DNA of 62,579 nucleotides, filler included. It is 8 parts of 8 records of this genome, joined end to end, with 100 filler letters (N's around TTAATTAATTAA, not from the genome) between each part and the next. Parts side by side here need not be neighbours in the genome. Positions count along the whole stretch, not along the records: positions 38,338 to 47,231 come from SRR31147125_48469; positions 47,332 to 55,988 come from SRR31147125_48499; 6 more parts are not named here. One strand, given 5' to 3'. The position numbers and the translations under genes were made by a program. The notes beneath the pieces were generated by a model. The model worked only from the letters and a program-made list of their open reading frames with translations, searched no databases and had not been told where the DNA came from. This document shows positions 39,669 through 50,800 of this stretch, piece by piece (the stretch's first letter is position 1; the number at the start of each line of letters is the position of its first letter).

Positions 39669-41150
39669 TTACGCACCCCGTGGCTTCATGTGGGGAAAAA
39701 GGATAACCTCTCTAATGGATGGGGCATCTGTCATGAGCATGGTCAATCGGTCGATTCCGATCCCTTCTCCTGCGGTGGGGGGCATACCGTATTCCAACGC
39801 CTCGATGTAATCCTCATCCATGAAGTGCGCTTCTTCGTTTCCTTCCTGTCTGTCCTGAACCTGCTCAATGAAACGGCCACGTTGGTCTTCGGGGTCATTG
39901 AGCTCTGAAAACCCGTTGGCGATTTCAAATCCTGCGATGAAGAGTTCAAAACGCTCGGTAAGTCCCTCTTCAGTATCGCTTCTGCGCGACAGGGAAACCT
40001 CTACTGGATACCCGGTGATGAATGTGGGTTGGATCAGCTGGGGCTCCACAAGGGCCTCGAACAGCTTGGTGATGATTTTGCCAACTGATCGGGTTTTGGT
40101 CAACTGAACACCCTTTTCCGCTGCAAAATCAATAAGACCCTGGTAGTCGGTGAGCAGTTGGCGGTCCAGTCCGCCCAACTTTTCCAGAGATTCGGCCATG
40201 GTCATACGGCGCCACGGTCCCTGCAGGTCGATTGTATTCCCCTGATAAGTTATGGTGTGGGACCCCAAAACCTCGTTTGCCAAGCCGGCGAACAGGGATT
40301 CGGTCAGATCCATTAGATCGTGATAAGTCGCATAGGCTTGGTAGAACTCAAGCATGGTGAATTCCGGATTGTGCTGAGTAGAAATCCCTTCGTTGCGGAA
40401 GTTGCGATTGATTTCGAACACGCGCTCAAAACCGCCGACCACAAGCCGTTTCAGATACAATTCTGGAGCGATGCGCAGGTAGAGATCCATGTCCAAAGCG
40501 TTGTGATGGGTAACAAACGGTGCAGCTTCCGCTCCGCCGGCGATGGGTTGCATCATCGGTGTTTCAACCTCCAAGAATTCACGTTGGAGGAAAAACCTTC
40601 GGATTGCCTGAATGATATTGCTGCGCGTTTTGAAAATGTTACGGACATCGGCATTCATAATCAAGTCGACATAGCGACGTCGATAGCGCTTTTCAGGATC
40701 CTTCAGGCCATGAAATTTTTCCGGCAGCGGACGAACGGCTTTGCTCAACAGTACCACCCGGGTCGCCAGCAGTGTCCATTCACCGGTTTTTGTTTGAAAG
40801 ACCGTACCGGTCATTCCAACAAAGTCGCCTATATCAAACCGTTTAAACAGCGTATAGTCATCCGCCCCGACCTTGTCTTTGCGGAGGTAGGCCTGCATCT
40901 GTCCGCTGCGATCACGAAAACGGACGAAAGCAGATTTCCCAAAGCTGTTGATGGCGATCATGCGGCCAGCCACCGTGAATTGCATCTCACCAAGCACATC
41001 TGCGTTGTTGGCCGTTATGGCCTCTTGTACCTGGCCCACAGTGTGTTCGACCTGAAAGCCACTTGGAAATGGATTGATGCCTTCATTGCGCAGTGCTTTC
41101 AGTTTGCTTTTTCGTTGCTCGATAACACTCGCTGTTTCACTGTTTCCCAT
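39669..41150 (-). CDS. lysS: Lysine--tRNA ligase (class II)
   Basis: YLRIAPELYLKRL, FRNEG, HNPEFTMLEFY, GMPPTAGEGIGIDR; ATG 41150 has an AGAGG RBS. Confidence 0.97.
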   Translation of the reverse strand: MGNSETASVIEQRKSKLKALRNEGINPFPSGFQVEHTVGQVQEAITANNADVLGEMQFTVAGRMIAINSFGKSAFVRFRDRSGQMQAYLRKDKVGADDYTLFKRFDIGDFVGMTGTVFQTKTGEWTLLATRVVLLSKAVRPLPEKFHGLKDPEKRYRRRYVDLIMNADVRNIFKTRSNIIQAIRRFFLQREFLEVETPMMQPIAGGAEAAPFVTHHNALDMDLYLRIAPELYLKRLVVGGFERVFEINRNFRNEGISTQHNPEFTMLEFYQAYATYHDLMDLTESLFAGLANEVLGSHTITYQGNTIDLQGPWRRMTMAESLEKLGGLDRQLLTDYQGLIDFAAEKGVQLTKTRSVGKIITKLFEALVEPQLIQPTFITGYPVEVSLSRRSDTEEGLTERFELFIAGFEIANGFSELNDPEDQRGRFIEQVQDRQEGNEEAHFMDEDYIEALEYGMPPTAGEGIGIDRLTMLMTDAPSIREVILFPHMKPRGA

Positions 41151-41334
41151 ATCAATGCCTCTATATGCAGAAAACGGGCACTTCGATGTTTGCATGAAAA
41201 CATCGCACCCGTTATTTAGAGATTATAGCTTCATCTCACTATTTGATTAAACAGAAATTGCTAACCTATTTGAAGGGTTGTGTCAAGGCCAAGTTTCCTT
41301 CCGAACCGTATCAACCACGGTGCTAAATTGAAAA

Positions 41335-41363
41335 TTGACATAACGCTCTCCTGTTCATAGGAT
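41335..41363 (+). promoter_or_regulatory. Putative sigma70 promoter for the lptF operon
   Basis: TTGACA (41335-41340), 17 nt, TAGGAT (41358-41363). Confidence 0.6.
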
Positions 41364-41397
41364 AGCCCGTCCGAAACCGCATTCAGTTTGAGGGCTT

Positions 41398-42561
41398 ATG
41401 ATCATTCAGCGATATGTTTTCAAGGAGTTCCTGCCGCCGTTCGGCATCAGCCTGGCCTTTTTCTCCTTTGTCTTTTTAATGATGCAACTTCCCGAAATTG
41501 CAAACTATGTTGTCAATTTCCAGATCGGGCTGTCCACCGTCGGTCTTTTGCTGCTCTACACGACACCCTATTTCCTTCAATTCACTATTCCCATGTCGGT
41601 AATGATTGCAGTGTTGATCTCATTTCTAAGAATGTCCGGTGACATGGAAATTGTGGCCCTCAAGGCCGGCGGCGTCCATTTGAATCACCTATTGCCGCCG
41701 GTGCTGATATTTGGATTGATCGGCGCTTTGCTCACGGCCTATATGGGCATTTTCGCAATACCCGCGGGGCGCAAAGCGTCCAAACAGCTCCTTTACGATG
41801 TGGCCTCGTCCCACATTGAGGTGGGGCTCAAACCCAGACAATTTATCGATATGTACAAAGGCGTGGTTATCTACATCAACGCGATCGATACTGAGACCAA
41901 AGTTCTTTCGGATATTTTTATCGAGGACAGACGGTCTAATAAGTTGAGAAGCACGGTCCTTGCCCCGAGGGGTCGCCTGACATATGATGCAGAACAGGCA
42001 CTGGCCAATCTCAGGTTGTTCAACGGTACAATTCACCAGGTCGATTTGGCAAAAAAGCAAACCAACAGCACTCAATTTGAAACCTACGACTTGAGGCTGG
42101 ACGCCGGCAGCAATTTTAAATCCTCCGATAAAGGCAAAGAGCACGTCCGGGAGATGAGCCTGTCCAAACTGTGGAAAACCATCCAATCCTCTAAACAAAA
42201 GGATGGCGCCTATTACAAGGCACTTAAGGAGTGGCATCGGAAATTCTCCCTTCCGGGGGCCTGCTTGGCCATGGCCTTGCTGGCCATGCCGTTGGGGATT
42301 AGGGCACGCAACTCGAAGAGAGCCTATGGAATTGGACTTGGCCTCTTCTTCTTTCTGCTCTATTATGTCATGCTCTCCGTCGGTTGGCTGCTGGGCGAGT
42401 CAGGGCTCTATCCTCCGGTAGTAGGAATGTGGGCACCCAACTTCATTATTTTGACCATCGGTATTTTCATGCTCGTTCGTGCAAATCAGGAGAGGCCCCT
42501 ATTGCAGATTGCGATGCCCGATTTCATCAGACGATTGCAGATGCGCTATTCACGACAGTGA
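41398..42561 (+). CDS. lptF: LPS export permease LptF
   Basis: RYVFKE, P..LQFTIPM, RMSGDMEIVALKAGG, EWHRKFSLP, WAPN. Confidence 0.88.
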   Translation: MIIQRYVFKEFLPPFGISLAFFSFVFLMMQLPEIANYVVNFQIGLSTVGLLLLYTTPYFLQFTIPMSVMIAVLISFLRMSGDMEIVALKAGGVHLNHLLPPVLIFGLIGALLTAYMGIFAIPAGRKASKQLLYDVASSHIEVGLKPRQFIDMYKGVVIYINAIDTETKVLSDIFIEDRRSNKLRSTVLAPRGRLTYDAEQALANLRLFNGTIHQVDLAKKQTNSTQFETYDLRLDAGSNFKSSDKGKEHVREMSLSKLWKTIQSSKQKDGAYYKALKEWHRKFSLPGACLAMALLAMPLGIRARNSKRAYGIGLGLFFFLLYYVMLSVGWLLGESGLYPPVVGMWAPNFIILTIGIFMLVRANQERPLLQIAMPDFIRRLQMRYSRQ

Positions 42562-42587
42562 CCATAAATCAACACTATTGAACTGAT

Positions 42588-43667
42588 ATGACGATATTCG
42601 GCCGCTATATTACAAAAGAGATTGGAAAGTCTTTTGGTATCATTCTGATGGTGGTCACCGGTATCTACTTGACGGTGGACTTCATTGAGAAAATTGATAA
42701 TTTCCTGGAAGCTGGTCTTCCTCTATATCGTGCATTTCTCTTCTTCGCCTACAAGCTTCCCATGATTTTGGTTCAGGTTACGCCGGTGGGAATCCTCCTG
42801 GCGGTAATTATCACGTTCGGATTGATGGCCAAGAACAATGAGCTTCTGGCGTTGCGGTCGAGTGGTGTAAACCTTTTGTCGTTGTTGGCATCCATTGCAG
42901 GCTGCGGTGCCGCAGCTACTTTTTTTGTATTTCTCGTCGCCGAAGCGGTGATGCCCCTTACTATTTCGCAGGCGGATCAGATATGGATGGAAGAAGTTAA
43001 GGGAAGGAGAACAGCTACAGCCAATAAAAGCGATATCTGGCTCAAGGGTGATAACAGTATTTTGCACGTAAAGTATTTCGACCCAGGTACACAGGTTGCC
43101 AGAGGGGTTGCCAAGGGGATCACCCTTCATCGGTTTGACCGGGACTTCAACCTGATAGAGCGCATTGATGCCAACACAGGACAGTTCAGCAATGAAAAGT
43201 GGACGCTCCGAGACGGCCTTGTTCAGAAACGCGGCGATCAATTCGCACCACAGACGTTCAAGAAGATTGACGTCGTAATGGGGTTTGCACCACAGGACCT
43301 TATCCAGGCAGCTCCCAAGCCGGAAGCGATGAATATCGCCCAACTCTATCGCTATATCCAAAAGGTTGAGGGGGAAGGATATGATGCTACCCATTATCGC
43401 GTGGATTATCATGCCAAAATGGCTTTCCCTGCTATTTCACTTATCATGACCCTGATTGGCGCGGGTTTGGCGGCAAGAGGGACGATCAGGGAGGCCGTTG
43501 CTGGAAGCGTGGTCTATGGCTTGGGGCTAGCGTTTCTCTACTGGATCGTATTCAGTTTTTGTCTCTCTCTGGGCTATGCTGGAAAGCTTCCTCCGGTTAT
43601 CGCTGCCTGGGGGGTCAATTTTATCTCTATTTGTGCGGCGGGCTACCTTCTCATCAATGCCGACTAA
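42588..43667 (+). CDS. lptG: LPS export permease LptG
   Basis: DFIEKID.F, NNELLALRSSG, HAKMAFP, LPPVIAAW; tandem with lptF. Confidence 0.88.
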   Translation: MTIFGRYITKEIGKSFGIILMVVTGIYLTVDFIEKIDNFLEAGLPLYRAFLFFAYKLPMILVQVTPVGILLAVIITFGLMAKNNELLALRSSGVNLLSLLASIAGCGAAATFFVFLVAEAVMPLTISQADQIWMEEVKGRRTATANKSDIWLKGDNSILHVKYFDPGTQVARGVAKGITLHRFDRDFNLIERIDANTGQFSNEKWTLRDGLVQKRGDQFAPQTFKKIDVVMGFAPQDLIQAAPKPEAMNIAQLYRYIQKVEGEGYDATHYRVDYHAKMAFPAISLIMTLIGAGLAARGTIREAVAGSVVYGLGLAFLYWIVFSFCLSLGYAGKLPPVIAAWGVNFISICAAGYLLINAD

Positions 43668-43736
43668 TGCGTCAGACAGGCGGTATTTTATAGCATTCCG
43701 GAAGGACGGAACGATCCTTTCCCGGTTGGGTTGAAT

Positions 43737-44904
43737 ATGAGCCTGAAACGTCAAGTACAACAATTAGAAGAAAAGGTCGCCGAGGTCATCGCCACGCAGC
43801 GGCGCTTCCCTGCTGTTTCCTTGGCAACACTGCTCCATGGCGGATCACTCCTGTACGGCACAGCGATTGGAATTCGCAATTTGCTCTACAAAAGAGGCGT
43901 TTTGCCGATTGGGCGGGTGGAACGACCGGTGATTTCAGTTGGCAATCTGACGGCTGGCGGCACCGGAAAAACACCGATGACGGTGCATCTGGCAGCAATG
44001 CTGAAGTCGCGTGGCTTCAAGGTGCTGATTGTGAGCAGAGGATACAAAAGCCAAGGAGAAAAGGCCGGGGCGGTGGTCTGCGATGGAGAGACATTGTTAG
44101 GTGACGCCCACAGCGCCGGCGATGAACCCTGCCTCATGGCACGGTTGCTCTGTGAAGTGCCGGTGATGGTGGGGAGTAAGCGACTTATAACGGCAAGTGC
44201 TGGTCTTCGCCGTTTTTCCCCGGATGTCATATTGCTCGATGACGGCTTTCAGCATCAGCATTTGGCCCGGGATTTGAACCTGGTTCTGATGGACGCGAAA
44301 GATCCGTTGGGCAATGGCCATCTACTTCCAAGGGGACCGCTGCGAGAGCCGATATCGGCCTTGGAGCGTGCCGATGCCATCATTTTTACACGTAGTCGCC
44401 AATCTGACAGATGCCCCAATCGAAGACTCGAGCGCATCATCTCTTCTAAACCTGTCTTTCACAGCATCCACAGGACCGTTATTCGCTTCATACGGCCGGC
44501 CAACTGCCAAGATCTTATGAATGGCGTCAACTTGGCGCATCATCGCAGCGATCGTCCCGGGGCTACGGTTGGGGGACGGCAGCTTTTGCCTTCTCTGCAT
44601 TGGCGAACAATGATGCATTTTTTCTGCTGCTGCAAGCGTGGGGGGCGATGTTCTGGGAACCATGGGGTTCCCGGATCACCATTTTTATAGCCGTGAGGAT
44701 ATTGATGCAGTGATTCGTAACGCTCACAATGCCGGCTGCAATGCAGTGGTAACCACAGATAAAGATTTCGTGCGTCTCCCTGAAAAACTCTCCCTGCCTG
44801 TCGATCTCGTTGTTCTGGGAGTAGAGATTGACTTTGGAGGGGATGGGCAGCGATGGCAACACTTTATTATCAACAAGCTGGCAAACTGTATGCGACGTAC
44901 TTAA
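43737..44904 (+). CDS. lpxK: Tetraacyldisaccharide 4'-kinase; probable sequencing frameshift(s) near 44570-44640
   Basis: SVGNLTAGGTGKTP, SRGY, GDEP, LDDGFQH, LPRGPLRE; FPDHHFY and TTDKD lie in the 44638 ORF. Confidence 0.9.
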
Positions 44905-44928
44905 AATGTTAACCGAAGAGATGGCGTT

Positions 44929-45906
44929 TTGCGAGAAATGGATATCCTGATCGTCAAATTGGGCGCACTTGGGGATGTGATCAACACCCTCCCCCTGGCC
45001 ATTTTACTCAAGGAGCAACTCGACGCCCGTATCTGCTGGGTTACAGCTCCTCTGAGCTATCCGATTTTGGATGGGCACGAGGCAGTGGATCGAACCATAC
45101 GCTTCGATCGCAGAAGGGGGATTTCAGCTATCCCGAATCTATTGCATCAGCTAAGATCCCAACCGTTTGATCTGGTACTGGATCTTCAACGTATATTGAA
45201 GTCTGGGGTTATCTGCACTTTAGCCATGACCGGGCGAAGAATCGGTTTCGACAGACGGCGCTGTAAGGAGCTTACGTGGTTACTGCCATTTGAAAGAATT
45301 ACGGCGTCCGATCCCAACGCACATATGGTCCACCAATATCTGGAGTTTGCACGCCATCTCGGTATTCCATCGCAACCAGTCGAATGGCGTATAAAAAAGG
45401 GAGGAGATAAACCTTCGGGACTGCCGGACACATATGTGGTCCTCAATGTCGGCGCCACTAAGCCGGCCAATCGCTGGTCGGTGGAGGGATTTGCCCGGCT
45501 GGCCCAAATGGTTCGCCGGCAGCATGGCATGCCGTGCGTTTTAACCGGCGGTCCGGAAGATGCCCCAATGGCCGAGCGGATTCAATCCATAGCCAATGGC
45601 GGCATCCACAATCTGGTCGGCAAAACCTCACTTCCCGAACTCATCGATGTGATCGATGCCGCCACAGCTGTCGTCACATGCGATACCGGCCCCATGCATC
45701 TGGCCACTGCATTGGGGAAACAGGTGATCGCCCTGTTCGGTCCTTCCGACCACCGCCGCACAGGGCCTTTTCGAGGCAAGGTGATCCAGGCCAATATCGC
45801 CTGTGCTCCGTGCAATCGGAAAGAGTGCTCAAAGCCTCTATGTATGGAGGCCATCCAGCCCCAGCACGTCTTGGCCATATTGAATGCGTGCATGAAAAAT
45901 GCTTGA
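44929..45906 (+). CDS. GT9 LPS heptosyltransferase
   Basis: KLGALGDV, DLQ, DTGPMHLATA, LFGPS. Confidence 0.9.
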   Translation: MREMDILIVKLGALGDVINTLPLAILLKEQLDARICWVTAPLSYPILDGHEAVDRTIRFDRRRGISAIPNLLHQLRSQPFDLVLDLQRILKSGVICTLAMTGRRIGFDRRRCKELTWLLPFERITASDPNAHMVHQYLEFARHLGIPSQPVEWRIKKGGDKPSGLPDTYVVLNVGATKPANRWSVEGFARLAQMVRRQHGMPCVLTGGPEDAPMAERIQSIANGGIHNLVGKTSLPELIDVIDAATAVVTCDTGPMHLATALGKQVIALFGPSDHRRTGPFRGKVIQANIACAPCNRKECSKPLCMEAIQPQHVLAILNACMKNA

Positions 45907-45962
45907 AGGCGAAAAATGCGATACAGAGCTGTTGATGATGCTTTTATGGCAACGTCTTCTGA

Positions 45963-46651
45963 TCAGCTATCGCCGGCTTTCATAAGGGTACAGAGTTCAT
46001 TCGGCAAGCCATGCTTATTTACAGCCCTGCACCAGCGGTTTCGATATCTTGATTCAAGCGAATTTGCGTCATCCCGGCATACGGTACATTTATCAAAATC
46101 GATAATATAGATTTGTTCTTTGCTATCGACCAGGATATTGCCCGGGTGGAAGTCGGCATGCAGGATCTGATTGTCCACCAGGATGCGGACCTGCCGATTG
46201 AGTGCGTCCATAACATTGGCGACTCGATTCGGCTCTGTACGGCTGAACTCAGCCATGGTTTGTGAGTGTATGATCTCCCGGGAAACAAGCCAGGCTTTAT
46301 AGACAAGTTTACCTCGATACGCATAGGCTATGGGTTTCGGAGCGCTTACACCCTTCGCCCGGATGAGTTCCATCTGTTCGAACTCGATCTGGCTGCGTGT
46401 TTTAGTAGCTCTAAGATAGGATTGGGTGATCAGATTCGCCAGTATCCCCCCCGGCGGTAGTGTTTGACAATGACCGCACCAATACCCTCAATATGGATTC
46501 GGGAGACGGAGATCCTGCCGCCCAACCGACGTCCTTCCGGCTCAGGTGGTGTTTGAAATACAGCGACCAACTGTGCCAGTTGAGCCGTTGTTAACGGGTA
46601 GCTGCTACCTACTTTATACCCGTTGTGTGAAAATTTCAAGGTTGCATCCAA
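45963..46651 (-). CDS. Kdo/WaaP-family LPS kinase (KdkA-like); probable frameshift in the C run at ~46446-46452
   Basis: LGGR, VKHYRRGG in the upstream piece; HADFHPGNIL and IIDFDK in the downstream piece. Confidence 0.82.
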
Positions 46652-46697
46652 TCCAGTTATCCTTTTGAAATAGCTTAACAGGTGACTGCCGATTCAA

Positions 46698-47231
46698 TTA
46701 ACCCATGCCATCCCCAGCAGGTCGTTTTTCCTCCAACAGCTCCCGGATGGCAGCGATTACCCGTTCCGGTGCGGGGCCACGCATGCACGCCTCGGTGCCG
46801 TTCGGGCATTTGACCGATCCGTGCCGGCGGCAAGGCTTGCAGTCCAGGTTCTCCTGCTCGATCACAATGGCTCGGTTTTTCCACGGACCATATCCGAAGG
46901 AAGGAGAGGTGGCGCAGAAAATTACCACAGTGGGAATGTGCATCGCAGAAGCCATATGCAGGGACATGCTGTCGTTGCAAACCATCAAGCATGCGTTTTG
47001 GACGATGGTCATTGCCTCTGCAATTCTGGTTTTTCCGGAAAGATCGACAACGGGCAACCCTTCGGCAACCTTGGCGCAAACCGTCCGGTCCGATTCGGCG
47101 CCGAGCAGCACGACATTGACGCCTTCTCCCAGCAGATGGCTGGCTACCTCCTGAATCCCTGCCAGTGCCACATTTTTGTTCGCCAGGCACTGCCGGGCGC
47201 CATGACAGCATAGCTGTCGGGGGGAGAGCAG
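46698..47231 (-). CDS. GT9 heptosyltransferase (WaaF-like), 5'-truncated
   Basis: DLSGKT, NDSMSLHMASA, FGYGP, CKPCRRHG..CP. Confidence 0.82.
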   Translation of the reverse strand: MLSPRQLCCHGARQCLANKNVALAGIQEVASHLLGEGVNVVLLGAESDRTVCAKVAEGLPVVDLSGKTRIAEAMTIVQNACLMVCNDSMSLHMASAMHIPTVVIFCATSPSFGYGPWKNRAIVIEQENLDCKPCRRHGSVKCPNGTEACMRGPAPERVIAAIRELLEEKRPAGDGMG

Positions 47232-47331
47232 NNNNNNNNNNNNNNNNNNNNNNNNNNNNNNNNNNNNNNNNNNNNTTAATTAATTAANNNNNNNNNNNNN
47301 NNNNNNNNNNNNNNNNNNNNNNNNNNNNNNN
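47232..47331. other. Artificial contig spacer
   Basis: N-run + TTAATTAATTAA + N-run. Confidence 0.99.
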
Positions 47332-47788
47332 GCGGGGCAGGGCATTTGTGCTGGCCGGTATGGGCAGCGGCGCCTTGGTTTACCGGATGCTGGCCAAGCA
47401 GGGAATCTCCTTTGCCACAGGCGTGCTCCACAGCAATGATCTCGATTACTACGTGGCAAGGTCTTTGGGGGCGTCGTGTACGGTGCAATCTCCCATGGAG
47501 GGTATCAGTGAGGCAACGGTCATCGAGGCGGAATCTCAATTGGACGGGTGTGATGTGCTCATTGACTGCGGATTTGAAGTGGGAGAGATGAACCGGGCCA
47601 ATCTGACATTACTGGAACGTGCCGTCGAGAAGAAAAAACCGGTGTTGACCCTTCGACAGGCTTCCCTAGGTGAAAATCCATCTTCAGCCATTTGTTGTGC
47701 TGATATTAACGCTCTCTTTCAGGCACTGGATAACGGCGGGGTACTCCAGAATGAAAGCGCGGCAGCAAGGGGTAAAGCGGCATATTGA
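47332..47788 (+). CDS. C-terminal extension of a probable cobalamin/iron-chelate ABC transporter ATP-binding protein, 5'-truncated
   Basis: FVLAGMGSGALVYRML...FATGVLHSNDLDYYVARSL resembles, from memory, the tail of long BtuD/FepC-type ATPases; the ATPase core is not in the window. Confidence 0.55.
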
Positions 47789-47816
47789 ACGCCCCTCTGA
47801 AGTGAGTGAAAAGAAC

Positions 47817-50800
47817 ATGAGTGAAACGAAAATCGGGAAAAACTCCATGAAGCCAAAACCTTATTCGCTTTGTTACTATTCAGCCACATCCATGGAAATG
47901 CCCTCTCTCAGTGAGGGCATCCGGAAATATCGGGAAGGCGGCGGTTCCATCACGGTTCACGCTCGTACCCAGACCCAGCTGTTTGACGAGGCCCGTCAAG
48001 AAGCTTTTGTCCGAAAAGCCATGGCATCGGATGCGGTGATCATTACACTGCATGGCGGAAAACCCTCATTTCCGGCATTCGATCGGTTTATTGAACATCT
48101 CTCGGAAGTCTCTTCCAAGGGCGATTATCGACCATTTGTTCACATTCAGCCCACCGGCGGAGATGAAGACTCCATCGAAGCGGCCCAAAAACATTCTGAC
48201 CGGTTCGGCACGTCGGAATGGGACGAAATGCGTCGTTATCTCGATTGCGGCAGCCACGTCAATTATCATCAATTGCTCATATATATTCACAATCTGCTCC
48301 CTAGAGGGGAGGGCGTGAAGGGAGAGAGTGGAGAAGAGAAGGCAGGGCAATTGGCATTCGGAGGGGCTCAGGATTCAAAAGGGGGTGAATGCCCCTGTCA
48401 ACCGCCCATGCCGCTGCCCCATGAGGGGATTTATCATCCCGATTATTACGGGATTCCCGACCTTGACACCTATCTGGCTGAAAAAGTGGATCCTTCAAAA
48501 CCGACGGTAGGGCTCTGGTTCTATCAAACGTATTGGCTCAACAACAATCTGGACTATATCGACGGCATCATTCGAGCCATCGAAGCGGCCGGAGCCAATG
48601 TAATTCCCGTGTTTCATCTTCGCTACAAAGAGGCGGATCGGGGTAACAAAGGGGCGGATCACATTGTGGAAGAGTATTTCATGGACGGTGATACGCCCCG
48701 TATTCAGGTGCTCATCAATCCCTTGATGTTCTCTTTGACACTGGTGGCCAAGGAGTACCAGCCCCTTCTTCCCATGATGGATGTTCCGGTCATTCAGGCC
48801 ATCACCGGCATGACGCCCCGTGCCCAGTGGGAGGAAAGCGTGCAGGGGATCTCCACCATGGAGGTCTCCTACTCCGTGGCCCAGCCGGAATTTGACGGCA
48901 ATCTCATCACGGTTCCGGTGGCAAGCAGAGAGCAGGAAGAGACCGATCCCATCACCGGCGCCCTCTTGACCCGGTACGTTCCCATTGAAGACCGGGTGGA
49001 GAAGGTGGTCAGACTGGCGCTCAATTGGGCCCGCCTGAGCCGAATTCCCAATGAAGCGCGGCGGGTGGCCATTATCTTTCATCACTATCCTCCCCGAAAC
49101 GACCGTATCGGATGCGCTGCCGGACTGGACAGTTTCAAGAGTGTCACCAATTTGCTGAAACGAATGAAAGAGGATGGATATACGGTTTGGCGCACCTTTG
49201 AAGAGGAAGGGGAACTATCGGTATCGGGAAAGGCGGATGGTGCCCCATTTACCGATGCTGGCGGCGGAAGCGCTGAAAATTCAGAAAAAAGAAAACCGCG
49301 TAGGGTCCGATGCCCTGGCCCATGAGATGCTCTCCAAAATGACCTGCGATCAACGGTGGCTTCCCCCGGATCTCATGGCTGAGCGGGCCGAAGCCCATGC
49401 CGGAATAGAGTGGTTCCAGCCGTGGCACAAGGAACTCCCCGCCATTCAGGAAAAAATGCAGGCCGACTGGGGCGATATTCCCGGCGATCTTTTTGTCCAT
49501 GACCATCAGATGCACTTTGCCGGAATGATCAACGGCAATCTCTTTATCTCCATTCAGCCGCCAAGGGGCTACCTGGAGAACGTGGATAAAATCTACCACG
49601 ACATGTATCTGTCTCCCCCTCACCACTACCTGGCGCAATATCGCTGGATCCGGGACGTTTTCAAGGCCGATGCCGTCATGCATGTGGGTAAACACGGCTC
49701 ATTGGAGTGGCTCCCCGGAAAAGCCCTGGGACTGTCGAAAAGTTGCTATCCCGATCTTTCCATCATGGAGCTTCCCAACATCTATCCCTATATCATCAAC
49801 GATCCCGGTGAAGGGACCCAGGCCAAACGACGCTCTTTTGCCTGCATCATCGATCATCTCACGCCGGCCACCACCAATGCCGATCTCTACGATGACCTGG
49901 AGAAGGTGAGCGGCCTCATGGCCGATTATACCTTTGCCAAAGCCGAAGATCCCACCAAAGTGGAGATCCTGGAGGGAATGGTGTGGGAAGCGGTGACGGC
50001 TGCCGATCTGGATAAGGATCTGGAGATGACAAAAGAGGAGGCCAAATCCGATTTTGACGGATTTTTAGAAACGCTTCACTCCTATCTTCAGGACCTTTCG
50101 GACACCATGATCAACGACGGCCTCCATGTCATGGGAGATGCGCCTGAGGGAGATCGACTGGTGGAGTTCCTGGTGCAGCTCACGCGTATGCCCAACGGCA
50201 GTGTGCCCAGTCTCAGGGAAGCACTGGTCGAAGCCATGGGCTTTGTCTACGATGAGGTATTGGAAAACAGAGGAAAAAGGCTGCCGAAGTTCGGTAATCT
50301 TACGGGTGGAGAAATTATCCGTCAGGCCCACGATCAGGCCTTGTCATTGGTGACGGCACTGTCGGATGCAACGTTCAACCCGGATGCCGTCGCCGGCATC
50401 GTCGCAAAATCCGTGGATAATCCGAGCGAAGATGTGGTGGCGGTTCTTGGCTATCTGGCCGAAACCCTGGTGCCCAATATCAGACGCTGCAGCGATGAAA
50501 TCGGTGCCTCCCTTCATGCTTTTTCCGGCGGATTTGTCAAACCCGGTCCATCCGGCGCACCCAGCAGGGGCAGGCCGACATTCTGCCCACCGGTCGCAAC
50601 TTCTTCTCTGTGGATCCCAACAAGATCCCCACACCCGCTGCCTGGGAAGTGGGCGTGAAACTGGGAGATGCCTTGCTGGAGAGGTATTTGGACGAGAGCG
50701 GCAAATATCCCGAAAGCGTTGGCATTCTGGTTTACGGCTCTCCCACCATGCGGACCCGGGGCGACGATATTGCCGAAATTTACTATCTCATGGGATTGAA

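Noticed and set aside
39985-40000. LysS lacking the Pro of the usual SPL motif (reads EVSLSRR)
   Set aside because: The site is a G3 run that would be G6 with the Pro codon, so a homopolymer collapse is more likely than a real deletion in an essential enzyme.
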